Below the pieces are notes generated by a model that was not told the origin of the DNA, did no database searches, and saw only the letters and a list, made by a program, of their open reading frames with translations. Source: Raillietiella orientalis (taxonomy: Eukaryota). Taken from it: a stretch of 64,000 nucleotides of DNA. This document shows, in pieces, positions 38,850 through 51,559 of this stretch. The DNA lies in NCBI GenBank assembly GCA_036172245.1, contig JAYWIR010000013.1:1116001-1180000 (forward strand). Direction: 5' to 3'. Made by a program: the position numbers and the translations under genes. How positions within the stretch are numbered: the stretch's first letter is position 1; each line of letters starts with the position of its first letter.

Positions 38850-41200
38850 CCCTTCAGAATGGGGTCCACCCGGAAGATGGCTGCGAGGGACCCCTGCCTC
38901 ACCGTGCAGGTGGAGAATGGAGATGGTGATGGAAAAGCGATGGCGGTGGTGCACTCTGTGAACGGATCTTCCGTTTACGCGGTGCGCAGAGACGTAGTTG
39001 GCGCCGTTGCCGAAGGCGGCAGCAACGCAAGGGGATCGATCCTGGGGAGGGGACCAACTCTAAAGCGGGGTCGCCGCACGTCCGTACGGCAGGAATCCTG
39101 AGACGTTCCGGAAATCTTCAAGCCGCAATAGGGATGGGGGGGGGGAGGGGACGCTGTCGTCAGACGTGTTCCTTGGAAAGGACCGTCGTGAGGGTTGAAC
39201 TTCACGAAATCTCCCGGCCCCGTCGCCCTAGGCGACCGGACGCAGTGCGTGCAGGCGACATGCCCACGACCGGCCCGACCCTTGCCCGAGCCGCGCGGCA
39301 GCTTCCTCTCCGGAAGGTGCGTGTGGCGGATGCGGGGAGCAGGGATACATTGCATCTGGGTTTCGTGTGTCCCAAGTCCCGCAGGCTTCTGCAGGACTCC
39401 GCAAGGCGCAGGGAGGACGCACCGAGTTCCAGAAACACGAAGGACCGGACGCGACCGCAGAGACACCCTGTCGGACCTCCTCCAGTTCTCAGAGGGGATT
39501 CTCCAAGGGCAGTGCTGTCGGGAAGATCGACGGGAACCGGCGCGAACCCAGGAGAACTGAGGAAACGGGAGATGCATGCCGGGATGAGCGAAAGGAGGAG
39601 AAGGCAGAGGTTCGCGCCTTTGGTGCCGGAGGAAGCAGGGGGGCGGAAGCAGAAGCAAGCAGGGGTTGAGCCAGCAGCCATCCGACCCCACCGGAGCGAC
39701 GACCATTTCCGAGGCACAGTCAAAAGGACAGCCACCCACAGCTCGGGAACGACGGAGTCCGAAGAGGGAGGGAGAGGGGCAGGAAGGCGTCCTGCAAGAC
39801 GTCCGGGTGGTGGTGGTGTTCAGGAGTAGGGACGGGATCCCCTACGTCGGGCCCACCCCACTAGGTTCGGGGACACCGCCACTCCTCGTCTCGCCGATGG
39901 AGAGGGCACCCTGGTCCTCACGTGCGGAAGGGAGCGTTCGTCCCATCACGGGAGGGCGTCGGAAGAGTCGACCCGGTTTCCAGGCTCGGGATCCGCGTCG
40001 TCCGGATGACGTCCCCGGGCACAACTCGGAAGGAGACCCTGTTCCTGAAGGGATCATCCGGGAATTCTTTCACGACTTGGAACAGCACTGCTTCACTTAG
40101 ATCCTCAGTTCCTTCTCCCTTCTTCCCTCCCTTCCTCCTTCCTTTCCCTTGCCCTCTTCCCTTCTTCTCTTCCTCCTCCTTCTCCCTCTCTCCTCTTCTC
40201 TTCCTCCTCCTTTTCCTTTCTCCTTTTCCTTCCTCTCTTCCCCTTTCCTTCCTCTTCCTTCTCCCTTTCTCTTTTCTCTCACGTTCTCTCTTCCTCTTCT
40301 CCCCCCTTCTCCCTTCCTCCACTTCCTCTTTCCATCCTCCTGCTTCTCCCTTCCTCCACTTCCTCTTCCCATCCTCCTCCTTCTCTCTTTCTCCTCTCCT
40401 CCTCCTCTGCCGCCGCGCGGGTCCGCAGATGGTTGCGGCAACTGCACCGTGCATCCAGGGAACACACAGCATCCTGCATCACCCTCTCCCCTTTCCTGCC
40501 GCCGGCGGCGGAGGCCGCGGCGCTCTTCCTCACAGCAGAGTGCAGGACCTGTAATCGACGTTTCGTTCCCCGCCGTATGCGGAGGAAGAGTGTGGGGGGG
40601 GGGATTACGTTCCCGGCCGGCACGCAAGGGGGACTCGGATATTTACGTAAGCCTAGCGTGATGTTGCGCGCGAGGATGTTATTAGGGAGGAACGTTCGGG
40701 AACGAGAAGCACGTTCGTGTCGGGATTTTCTCTCTGAGAGGGGGAAGGGGGGTAGGATCAGAGGTAGTGGTCGCGAGAGGTGGGGGAAAGGGCCCTTGCC
40801 TGTTCCGCCGCATCCGGCCGAGTCTTTCGCCTTCCTCCCGGTGGACGGGGCCTTTGCCAAGTCCGAGTTCGACGGCGGAGGGCTTCCCGGACGATCTGCT
40901 GACCCAGGTCTCCCTCCCGCCAGGCACGGTTCGGCCGGCCCCGATCTCCCTTGCGCGTCTCCGGCGAAGGGCGGGCGGACTGCAGTGTCCTCGAGGCCTT
41001 TCTTCCCTCCACCCGCTTTCCTTCCGCTCCAGATTTCGCGTGGTTGGGCCGTCGATCCCCGCCTTTGCCAGCTCCCTCCGAGACGTGCCCCGCTGGTCAC
41101 CTTCGAGCATTGCGCCGCAGAGACGTCCGCGCAGTGCCGCCGGGGGAGTTTCGCCTCAATGAGACCCCCTCATCCCGAGGAGTTCTCCTCTCCATGGTTG
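38850..41200 (+). mobile_element. L1/Tx1-type LINE 5' part (ORF1 zinc knuckle, APE), split by a polypyrimidine tract
   Basis: CGGCGEQGYIA at ~39322; APE-like LLGRNV, HPAESFAF, KSEFD, GWAVDP. Confidence 0.5.
40109..40408 (+). repeat. ~300-bp C/T low-complexity tract with internal 36-37 bp tandem duplication
   Basis: Almost pure pyrimidine; units start at 40306 and 40343. Confidence 0.95.
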
Positions 41201-41469
41201 GAGGAGACGCCGCTGTCCCAAAATGGGGTTTCGCCCTTCTCCCCCCCCCCCATTGCTCTCCTCAAGAAGGAGGAGGCATGAAGGGAAGGAGGGAGGTGCC
41301 GCTCCCGCGTCCATCCTCCGTTGAGGATCCCGGTGGGACCGCCCCATGAATACCCTCTCGATTTTCCTGGGAAGCGTCCATCCCAACGCACTTTCGCTTC
41401 CCTCCCCTCTCATCCTTGGAACCTAGGACTTCCGAGAGGTAAGCACTACTCTCCTGGTCGGGATATCAG

Positions 41470-42000
41470 CCCACCGGCCTAGGGTTCAAGCCCCGAGCGA
41501 AGCTCCTCCTCAGCCGCTTCGGGTGGAGGATCTCCGCGTGGGCTGCAGAGAAAGACGAGCGCAGGTTCCTCGACTCGGACGAACTGCCTGAAGGGCTCGG
41601 CCGCCCCACGCAGAGCGTGCTCGGGAAGAGGCTTAACGGGAACTTCTGCTTCCATCGACTTTCAACCACCGTACCTTGTGGAGCGCTCACGCGGGCCCCA
41701 AGTTCCAAGCGGCCTTCCCCGCCGACGCCGCCGGCAGGACCTAGAGTTTTCAACTAGCAATAATCGCTCCTCCCTTTCGTTCAGCAGCGGCGATACTGCC
41801 CTAGAGCACACGGAAATGGTGGCCCTATTCAGCGACCACGGTTCAGTCCAAGGTTTCCCTCCCTTCCTGGTCACCGTCGAGCGCCTTCGTAGAGACAACC
41901 GGCGGCAAGCAAAGTTTCCACCTTGCCCTACGGCGATGCTCGACCGAGCGGTGCCACCGCAGCAGTGGCTCGTGAGGCGCCCAGAGGCCCTACGCGATCC
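41470..42000 (-). mobile_element. L1/Tx1 APE N-terminal fragment
   Basis: WSLNRATISVCSRAVSPLL and ARVSAPQG (NVYAP-like). Confidence 0.45.
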
Positions 42001-43163
42001 TACATCCCCTTCTCCGTCCCAGCGAGTTGACGGCGATCTCCTCGCCACTGCTGGACCGATCTGCCTCGGGAGTCATGCTTCTCCGCTGCTGCCTTCCTCC
42101 CCAGGGTCCTAACATAAAGGAGCGCACCTGTGGCAGCGCACATCCTCGTGGACGTCCCGGGAGTTTCTCGGTGTGCGTCCGCTGAAGGGAGGAGGCTTCT
42201 GATCTCCCGGAAACTGGCTTCGGCCTCCCGGAACACCTAGCACCGAGTAGCTTGTAGCTCTCCAAAAGTGGATCCTTCCGAAACGCTGGTCTCTCGCGAC
42301 CCTACGATCACCCCCACGTGTGTTATCGCGTCTCGTGTAAGAAGAAAAATTCTTCCTCCAGGACGTTTCCCGCCTTTCCCGAGTTCGGCAGAGGCTGACC
42401 TCCGAGGCTGAAGTTCAGCCGGGTGGGGCCGGATCGCCCCGCACTGGCATCGCCGCCGCCTCATTCATTGTCTTCGCCTGCTGCATCCACGAAAGCGCTT
42501 GCTCTGAGCAGGCTTTCCTCTGAGACGGTGAAGCGCTCCTTTCTTCTGACCGGTCTGCGTCTGAAGAACGTGCAGAGTCTTCCGGCGACATGGCTGACCC
42601 ACGGGCAGCTCCTCCGAGGAAGAGTGGCGGCCACACGAGAAGCCATTTTTGCCAGCAGCGTTTCCCCAGCTTCGCACCAACTGGAAGTCGCCGCGCCCTC
42701 CCTATGCGCGTCTTACGGACGTCCTTGAGAGCTTTCGCCGCCTGATCTTGATTCGGCGGCAGCGGAAGATGGCGGAGGGTCGCCTCAGTGGTTTCCTCCC
42801 TTTTCTCCTGGACCAGATCCGCTCTATCGGCTGAGCGTCCGAGACGCAGCCTACCTGATGGCCCCAGCGTGCGCCGTCCAAACTTGCGAGAGGTCTGCGC
42901 ACGCGCTGCGGCGCCAAGTCCGGAAACTGAGCAGGAGAGGAACTGTCCTCGAGCATCCCGCCCACCTCCCAAAATCAGCTTCGAGTACTAACCACCAGGA
43001 GGTGGACGAACGGATCCCACTGAAAAAGAATACGAGGAAAAACAAGGGCGGGATTTTCGCCGCACTTTCACTCCCTGGGAAAGAGGAGGTACAGACTTCG
43101 AGTGGTCCCTGAGGCGACTCGCCTCTCTCCACAAAGCCCGTCCGTGAACCTCCTACCGCCCTC

Positions 43164-43849
43164 TGAACTCCAACGCCTAGAGGCAGGAGGCAGTTGCGTC
43201 CTGGGCTGCATTCCAAGGACTGCGTCCGGCAGAATTTCGTCCTTTGCGACTCTCCCTCAGCCATGCCTGGAAGGAGGTGCTGCAGGACTCCAAAAAGTCT
43301 TCCACCGCGCCTTAACTTTCGCTGCAGTGCTGTCTGTCCTGAGGGCGAGAGGAGACAGTTGCCAACCGGCGAGGCGGGAGTTTTTCTGCACCGCTGCGGG
43401 AAAAGACGAAACTCTTTGGCGGCCGGAAGATGCGCGAGCTGATGGACGAGCCACTCCGCGTAGCCCTGACGACAGTAGTCTTTCGGTGGGACAAGCTTTC
43501 GGGTGTTGCCCCAAGGAATTTGCAGCCCCTTCCGCGTTTTCTGTGACCTGGAGGCAGGCGGTGCTGCCGTTCCTGCATCCAGGACCCCGGTGCATCCAGC
43601 GCCTGCACCCTTGTCTCCGGAAGGGGGGAAGGAGGGGTAGAGCATCCAGGTGGCTGTTGCTCCAGGTGCGCGTCGGTGGAACGGACATCCCCGCATCTGC
43701 TTTCGGACTGCGATGCCCTCCTGGCTCGGACTGGAGGAGACGCTCCTGCACTAGGAAGACTCCGCCCTTGACCTGTTGCGGCGGCGGCGGTTCTTCTTGC
43801 ACGGCGTTCTCCTCTCGGTGGTCGCGGCGACGGCAACGGTGGGCCGCGT
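43164..43849 (-). repeat. RLE N-terminal-like fragment; inverted duplicate of 55749-56434
   Basis: About 23 mismatches in ~686 bp (manual); SGSSISSRI aligns with KSGWSISSLISR at ~4520. Confidence 0.9.
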
Positions 43850-44499
43850 AGCATCACTTTGCGTCGCTAGGAGCTCGGACAACCACGCTTCCGAGATCTG
43901 TGCCGCAAGGATCATCGATACCGCCGTGGCCGACCACCGTCGCTGTCAGGCGACCGTTGCTCAAGGCGTTTCTGTCGCTTCCATCAAGCGGCAGGGGGCA
44001 GTAGCAAGCTGCTTCCGCCGGTAGCCAAGAGGAAGGTGGCAGGCTGATGACGTCGTACCGGCGTTGGAGACTCCCCTTTTCTCTGCTTCCGGCGGTCTCT
44101 CCCGGAGTCTCGGGACCCTCCCCTCGAATCCTCGGAGGAGAGAGGCTACCCGCTTCCGCTTCCGCGGACGGAGGAAAATCTCTCGAGAGGGTGATGGCCC
44201 TGCGGACCCGGAAAAGACGGTCCTGCGAGGTCCACCGTGGACCACCGTCTTCTCCTCGACCCCCACCCCACGCGGCGTCACGGGTGCCTGCGGGGCCCAC
44301 GATGCCGTGGAGGTTTTCTTCGCGATCGGCGCAGGCCTGGCGGTAGATGATTCATGGGAGAGCCCGATGCGTCAGCGGGGCCTTGCACAGAGACCAGCAG
44401 GGGCTTTGATTCCGCTCCGCTGCTTGCCTTGGGCACAGCGGGCAAGAAGGCGAGGGCAGGGTTTGGAGACAGCTCAAAGAGGTTCCCTCCCATCTCGGC

Positions 44500-45300
44500 C
44501 TGCGCGAAAGAAGTAGCGCAGACGGATCAAGTCCTGGAATGCTGACGCACCCGCATCGGGTGGGTACTTCTGGTGGTCGCGGGGTCGAATCTCCCACAGG
44601 TAGCCCTGGAGGCAGCGAACGGGCTTGGCAGGCCAGCAGATGGCACGGCAGCCTCCGGACTCCGTGTGAAGAATCGACGGGGTGGGAACCGGCGCGAGGA
44701 GGGAGAGTCCGGATAAGGCGTGCGGAAGAGCTCCTTTCCCTGACGAGCCCGGGGTGGTCGAGAGGAGGTGCCTTCGGCTGGGAGGCGGGTCGGAGGAGCG
44801 CAGCAGCGATGGTTCCCGTGTTTTCGATCGCGCGCCGCCTCCTCCCGACCCCGAAACTCTCCTCTCACGGCCGACTCCTGTTGCCAGGAGACGAACGCGG
44901 TTCGAGAGGAAGGGAAGACGAGGAGGAGGGGCAATTTCCCGTGGAAGAGGAGAGCGGAAGAGCCGAACGATCCCGGGATGCGTGCTCCAGCGGTCGGTCG
45001 CCACCGTTGCGTGCCCGGCCGGCGTCTGCAGCTCGGAAGACGCCCACGGAGGGGCCTCCGAGACGACAGCGGGAGGATCGCGCCGCTTCTGAGAAGGAGG
45101 GGTGGGGAGCGCGAGCGGCGAGGGATCCGCATTTCCGGCTCCTCCCCTCCCTTCCCTCCTTTCCACGCTCCTCACCACTTCCAACTCCCCCGCTCCCGTT
45201 CCTTATCCCCGCATTCCTCCTCGGTTTCCCGGGAAGGAAGAGCAGAGGTACCAGCGATGGGTGCCGGAGGGAGGCCGCAGCCTGGGTGCTGAGCAGCAGA
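44500..45300 (-). mobile_element. L1/Tx1 ORF1-like fragment
   Basis: VPTPSILH..CRAICWPAKPVRCLQG resembles the ORF1 GQP-zinc knuckle region. Confidence 0.35.
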
Positions 45301-46101
45301 GCTCTGCGTCGCACCTGTGCAAGAAGAAAAAGAATATCAGAAGAGGCAGGAGGAAAAACGGGAGTGGAAGGAGAAGCAAAAGTAGAAGGGGAAAACTAGA
45401 AGGAGCAGAAGCAGAAATGGAAGTGGCAAAGAAGAGGGGGGAGAAAATTCACAAATCATTGCACAAGTTGGGAGGACATGATTTCACGCGTCTTCTTTAT
45501 CCGCAGACTCTCAAAACTCAGCGTTGACCACGTGACCCCTTCGGTTGACTCCTTACCGGCGCGGTCCGCCGGCATCGCCATCCCAAGAATCGCCAGTGCA
45601 CTGCCCCGTCTGCCACCTCCCCTTCCGACCGACCGTGGCTCGCTCACCGCCATCCGTCCGCGCGCCAAGAGAACCCTCCGCACCTAGAAACTCACGCTCG
45701 CGCGAGCGAACAGGCCGCCTCGTTGGGTGCCCTTGTGCGTGGGGCTTTCTCGAAGGGCAAACCGCACAATACACTCGCCCACAGGTCCTCTACCCTGCTC
45801 CTGCACCTCAGGGCATTAACCCCTCGGGAGCGCCGCTTCCTCCAGGATCCGAGCCCAAGCGAACGCACCGAGCATCCATAACATGGGCGAAGCGCCTTTT
45901 CCTTTCCTCTCATTCCAAAAGTAGAATTTTTCCGTGTGTTTCTTTTTCCCCGTCGTGCGAGCGACCTTCGATGATCAAGTGAGTCGACCGTTTCGGGTTG
46001 CCGGTGCCGGAAGGAAGCTGCACGGAAGAGACGGGAAAATCTGCCTCTTTCGTTGAGCAGCAACGGCATCCGACAGGCGCTTTTCTAGGGAATCTGAGCT
46101 G

Positions 46102-46479
46102 TACGAGCCCCACGGACAATAGGATGGTATTGATAAAAAGTGCAAAGCGTATCACAAACAGTATAATGTTTATTATTTCTCTCCGAAACGAAAATAGGAA
46201 AATTAAAAGCGTTCATTCATTATCCAGCCTGAAGTAGGGAAAAATTCCCTTTGAGTTTTGTTGGCATTTTAATCAATTCGAACCATTCCATCCGTCGTTT
46301 CCGATCTATCATTCCCGCCACCGAATCTTCTGGAGCAGTTTGATTCACGGAAGTGAAAAGAAATGGACCAAGTTCCATCGCATCCCTCCAAGAAGCAGCC
46401 AAACTGAACCTGAAGCGCGGAACCGAGATTCGTCCACGGCGTCGTGAGGGGGCTCATCCAGCGCTTTATACGAGGGCTG
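46102..46479 (+). repeat. Unclassified 378-bp interspersed repeat, copy 2
   Basis: Near identical to 25925-26302. Confidence 0.95.
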
Positions 46480-46599
46480 TTGTCGTCCATCTCTTCGACG
46501 CCGCGTCGTGCGCGATTTCGCGCTGTGCGAGGACGCATCACACGTTCGTAGTGTTCCGTGTGTTGGAATGTCGACCGGCGTCAGAGACGCTGTTAATGT

Positions 46600-47600
46600 G
46601 GAGATCAACGGCAGCTCCCCGGGAGCTCTCGTTCCACCCAAAAAGTCGCCGTGGAACACATGCTGCTCAAGGGCACAGGGCTTCCCGTGGTCGTCCAAGC
46701 GTGGGGTCGTTTGATCGTGGGGGAAAAGAGGGAAGGTCATCTCGGACGGAGTTTCTTGCAGGCCCCTCCGGTTCAGCGGCGATCCCCGCCCTAGGTGATC
46801 ACGAGTGACTCTGAACGGAGTTCGGCTTTTCGAGCATCCGGGTCTGGGAAACGCTTGCGCCACTCACGAGCGGGGAGAGTCCCCTTCCCATGCACTTTGC
46901 CTCCAGGGTACACCGCTGGGGTCATCCCTGGGCTGTGCTCGTTCCCGACCCATGGACGTGAACAGCGGCTTGGCTCCTGCTGCTCCGAACCGGTCCATTT
47001 GCAACTCTGAAACGGGAATCTGTGGACGACTGGGACACTGGATCCTCCTGGGAAGGGAATTTCCCAGAAGACGCGTTCGGAACCTGGGAAAGTCCTCAAG
47101 AACGCTGGGGAAGGACCGACCCCATCGATGCGCGTCGTCACGTAAACACCCCCGCAGCAACGAAAGCTGGTGATTGGGACTCCGGCGGCGGAGCTGGAGT
47201 AGGCGTTGGTGCAGCCTCCGGAAATCGAGCGCGGAGCGGCAGTTCTTCGCCATCCTTCTCGGCGCGACTTTCCAGATATAACAACCACCTCCGTTCGCGA
47301 GCACGTGGCTCTAAGGACCTTGACCACTCCCAACTTCTCCCTGGAGTTCTGCCGGTCAGGAGGACGCGAGGTCGCATCATTTGGTGAGCCCTCCAAGGGC
47401 GCGTCTGAGATCTCATCACGTTCAGCAAGCGACGAGGTCATCAGGGCACTTGGCATGTCGTGGGCGGAGCACTCGGAGATGGCGCAGCCTGCTCGATGCG
47501 CCGCCCTGAATGTGTGCCGCCGAGGGAAGGACGGAGGAAGCAGAAGACCATGTCCCTGTCCCGTCTCCCCATCCGCCGCCGACAACTTGTTTGCTTGCCC
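46600..47600 (-). mobile_element. L1/Tx1 APE domain fragment
   Basis: GSPNDATSR, VVISG, TTRIDGVGPS (SRID-like), PWVGN. Confidence 0.55.
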
Positions 47601-47990
47601 CTCCCTCCCGGACGAGCGACAGCTTCCGGTCGGGTGGCCGGCCGGTGGGAGCTGCTGCGGCTGCTGCGAGGACCCTGCGTCAGCGACGCCGGCTGCAGTT
47701 CTTGGATGCTCCTCTCCTTCCTAGCTCGCTGGAAGATGGCTCGACGGAGGATGGGGGGGCACCCTCGTTCCTTTCCTAAGTGAAGGAGAAGTCGGTTCCC
47801 AGATGGCAGTCCGAGCCGCTCCGGCGGCCACTCCGCCTCGGTTCGCGCCTGCACGGCGAAACAGAGCGGCAATTTCCCGCTGCAGAGAGGAAGCGGAGTG
47901 GAGGTCGCGGGAGAGAAGTGCCGCGAGCGGTGAAAGAGCAAAAATCGGACTGTAGTCATATGCCCGCCACGGACCCGCGTCAGCGACCTT

Positions 47991-48210
47991 GCGGCTGCGG
48001 TCTCTGCTCGTGGTGCCAAAGGTCGCGGGTTCGAATCCTGCTCGGAGAAAGGTCGACGCGAGAACGAGGGGTGCGTCGTGGATTCTGAGTTTTCCCCGGA
48101 GGGATGAGTCCCCGGAAGCCCCTGTTGACTGGTCAGGATAGGAAGTGGACTCTCCAAGGTCCTTACAGGAGTCGGGGAGCCGGTTCTTCTGCGAGTTCCC
48201 TCCGGAAAAG
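47991..48210 (+). mobile_element. tRNA-headed SINE 5' fragment
   Basis: GCGGCTGCGGTCTC...GGTTCGAATCC. Confidence 0.72.
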
Positions 48211-48216
48211 AAATCA

Positions 48217-49229
48217 GGCACGTGGGCGAAGTCGAAAGAGGCCTAGCTCGAAGACATCGAACTGCCTGCGATTCAGACACGACGCCTGCTGCTCGCTGCG
48301 GAAGATCCTCGAGAATCCCAGCATGGGCGTGTGGGCGGAGCCGATCCTCCTCGCGGCAACGACGCCCTTCCTGAGGAGGGCACTGGGCAGCAGCAACCAA
48401 CCGCTCGAAAGGCGGGAAGTCTTCTGCGAGAGCGCAGGCAGGCGGAACCTGATGAGTGGATGGACCGCGGGGCAGCTGACGGATGCTGCGACCCCGGGTG
48501 TCCCTCCGCGAGGACTGCAGCTCTGAAACGAGCTCCTCGGCATTCCTAGAGGAGACCTGGAGTGGCCCTCAGTGCTCAAGGACAGCAGCGTCTTCCCCCC
48601 GAAGTGGCGGGAGTCGGTACTTCTGCTGTTGCACTGGGGTCTTCCCTGCAACTCTCGCCGACATCATTGGACACTGGGAAGTGCGAGCCCGGACTGTCGC
48701 GTGTGCGGGGAACAGGAATCCCTCCCGCGCCTGCTTATGGACTGTGCTGCTCTCCCTATGGGAACGTTTTGGAACGACCCCGAATACTCCGGTTGGCAAT
48801 CCCAGATGTGTTTTACAGCTCCTCTTCGTGCGGCATGCTCTGCCACCAGCCGCGACCCCAGCAGCTCTTTGCTGCATCCACGGGATTGAGGCGTCCTGGA
48901 GCGAAGCCGACAGAGGAAGAAAACAAGAGAAACACCGTCCAGTTCGCAGTTCGCTTTCTGCGGATGGCAGCATGATGGCCCCACCTGTCCACGTTCTGCT
49001 AAGGATGCCGAGAACTCCATCAAGAGAGCAGTGATCCCTTCCCAGCCCTCCGCAGTGTCTTTATTTATTTTTATTTTGTTTTTCCCTCCCCTCCGCTTCC
49101 GTGGTGACCTCTGCCGGTCTGTGGACCGGCAACCCGGAGAGTCCGTGGAAAAATTGAGTGTGGTAGGACCACGTGTCCCACCGCAATTCACGAGTTTCTT
49201 TTGATAAACTCCCCGGCGCTTCCGGATGG
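48217..49229 (+). mobile_element. L1/Tx1-type LINE 3' fragment
   Basis: zf-RVT, UTR, GATAAActCCCCGGcgcttCCGGATGG end. Confidence 0.85.
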
Positions 49230-49233
49230 GAAT

Positions 49234-49425
49234 GGGAGACGACCAGGGAGAGGGTTCCCTTCCTGGATGCATAGGGTGGATCCTTAGGGGTTTCCACCTA
49301 ACCTGAAGAGCGACACGCACCTTCGGGTGGACAGAGTCAAAAAGCTTAGTGCACCCCCCCCCCCTTCTTCCTCAAAAAAGGATAGAAGGAAAGTAGCGCA
49401 AAAGAAGGATCCCAAAGGATTTCCA
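49234..49425 (+). mobile_element. SINE 3' half (internally deleted)
   Basis: GGAGACGACCAGGGAGAGGGTTCCCTTC aligns to 57569 onward. Confidence 0.65.
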
Positions 49426-49899
49426 CCATCAGATGCATTTTACCGTGACACGAACACGCAGTTTTTTTTTCCCCTTCCTTCTCCGAGAGTCACGAGGACC
49501 GGAAACGCTGCATTCACGTGTGCCGGGCGGTTGCATATGGTGTCCCGAGAGCAGAGTTCCGAGGACGAGCCCCTAAGATGTTTTGCTCCGCTGTTGCCGT
49601 CGCTGCTGCTGCTGGCATGATAAAGCGGTGAAAGAGTGGGCACAGAGCACTAAAGCGAAAGATCCGTCGGATGCTTTCAGCGCCGAATCCTTTCTCTGAT
49701 AGGACTGCAAATCACGCGGGAAAAAGCGAGCGCATCGAATTGCTATGGCAATGTTGCCGGCTTCCTAAAATTTGGTTTCGCGGAATTGAGGTCCTGAAGT
49801 CACGAAAACGCAAACCGCCTGCCATCCCGAACAGGAGCACCTGCTGCTAGGGGAACCGGTTTTTGTCCCCGAAACACCTGATGGATGGGGCAACTTTCG

Positions 49900-51540
49900 T
49901 CACTCCGATGTTTTCTTCACTCTTTGTGCTCTTTCGAGATGGTGCACGGGGAGTTCGGGTACGTAAACTGGAGGAGGGGCACCTGCCACTACCTCCCGAG
50001 TTCGGGTCCCGGGTTCTCGCAAGACCGCATCGTTCCTAGAATCCCACGATACTATTAGGAGGGACTGTTGGAACTCCTCCGAGAGAGGAGAAGAGGGCTG
50101 GTTCTCGGCGCCATCTTTCTTTTCGTTGCCGTCCTTCATCTGGAGCAACCAAGAAGCCTTGAAAGGGGCTCCGGATACATACAGAGTCACAACTCGTCCC
50201 TCCTCTAGGAGTGCCAAGTGGTCTCTGAGCAGGGAATCGACTCCAGGCGTGGGCCGGCAGCGCGCGTCAGCAGCTCCGAGCCGGCCTCCTTCCTTCCCAC
50301 GCCTCCTGAGCCTCCTGAAGGTGTCTTCCTTCAGCTCACACTCTCTGGCCATCTGTGCAGCGGTTGTCCTCTCCTCCTCCCGAGTAACGTAAAGATGCCC
50401 GAAATTTCCTTCTGGCTCTTCTTTTGCCTTGGGAGGAGACGGGATCCGGTTCCATCTTTTTCCAAGAGCTCTTCCTCCGAACGAAGCTCAGACGACCCCC
50501 TGATACACCCTCTCGAATACGTTCCTGAATCGAATGCATGGTGAGGGAAGATGAACAGACGCGCCTCGCACTTTCCGTTGCTTAATAGTGCCACCTAACG
50601 CAGGTGTGAGCAAACATCGTTTTGGCATTCCGCGTCCAGGCAACCAAGTGAGGAGCGTTGTGCTCTCCTCCCACGGGGCTGCCCGTGGTTACCCTCGGTT
50701 TCCTCACCTCTGTCTGAGATGATCGGGAGCTGCATCCCGGTATCTCTTCTTCTGTGGATGCTCGCTTTCTAAGAGCCGAGAGAATTCCCTCCAGCGAAGA
50801 GTCCTTCGAGCGCCGGGTCGCGACGAGTGGGAACAGCAGCAGCGCCGATCTCTGTCAGAATACGGGAGTAGACACTGCTGACTGTCGGCAGAGCGGAAGA
50901 GATCGGTCGCCCTGCCTTCTGCCTCATCCTCCCGGCTCCGCAGTACCTGAGCGCTCCCTGCATTGAGCTCCCAAGCTTTCCCGAGAAAGGAAGGAACCTT
51001 CCGAGTTTGAGAGTGCCAGGCTCCGCAACAAGAGGCTCTCCAGCAGCAGCCTCCCATAGGAGACTGCTGCTGGGATTCTTCCCTGCACCTCCAGCAGCCA
51101 CACTCTTCGCACGTCTTCGCGCGTGCGTCATGGCCCTCGGCTCATTCGCTGGAGATGCGCCTGGGCACGAAGCCAAAGTAAGAAGCCGCGTAGCTCTCCC
51201 TCCGGGAACAACGAGGTCCCGAGGACTCTTGTAGCTCACGTCAGCGAAGGAGCCAACGGATGCTTCCCGAAATCCAGCATTTCCACTGCGTCCTCCGGGA
51301 CGATATCCTGAGACGTCGACCGTGGAGCAGGAAGCTCTCCTTTCGTGAGCGACGCTCCCTTCCAGAGCCCTGTGCCTTCTACGCACGCGGAAGGAGGGCG
51401 AGCCTTCCTCATCCAGGTCCCCTGAAGGGCTTCGAGAAAGACTCGCCTGGGGCCCTGCAATCGTGAAGGCACTCCAAGGTCGGAAGAACGGCTCGATCAC
51501 TAGAGATTTGCCCCCGGGCAAATCCGCGCTCGCAAACACT
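49900..51540 (-). mobile_element. RLE LINE C-terminal part (RT7 to restriction-like endonuclease)
   Basis: LRDHLALLEEGRVVTLYVSG..KK..IVSWDSRNDAVLREPG matches the PD-(D/E)xK tail pattern. Confidence 0.55.
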
Positions 51541-51559
51541 CACCTTCCTTCCGAGTAGA

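Noticed and set aside
47991..49425. One SINE simply split by a LINE insertion
   Set aside because: Several hundred bp of SINE body are missing and the left junction coincides with the duplication breakpoint, so the head may come from another copy
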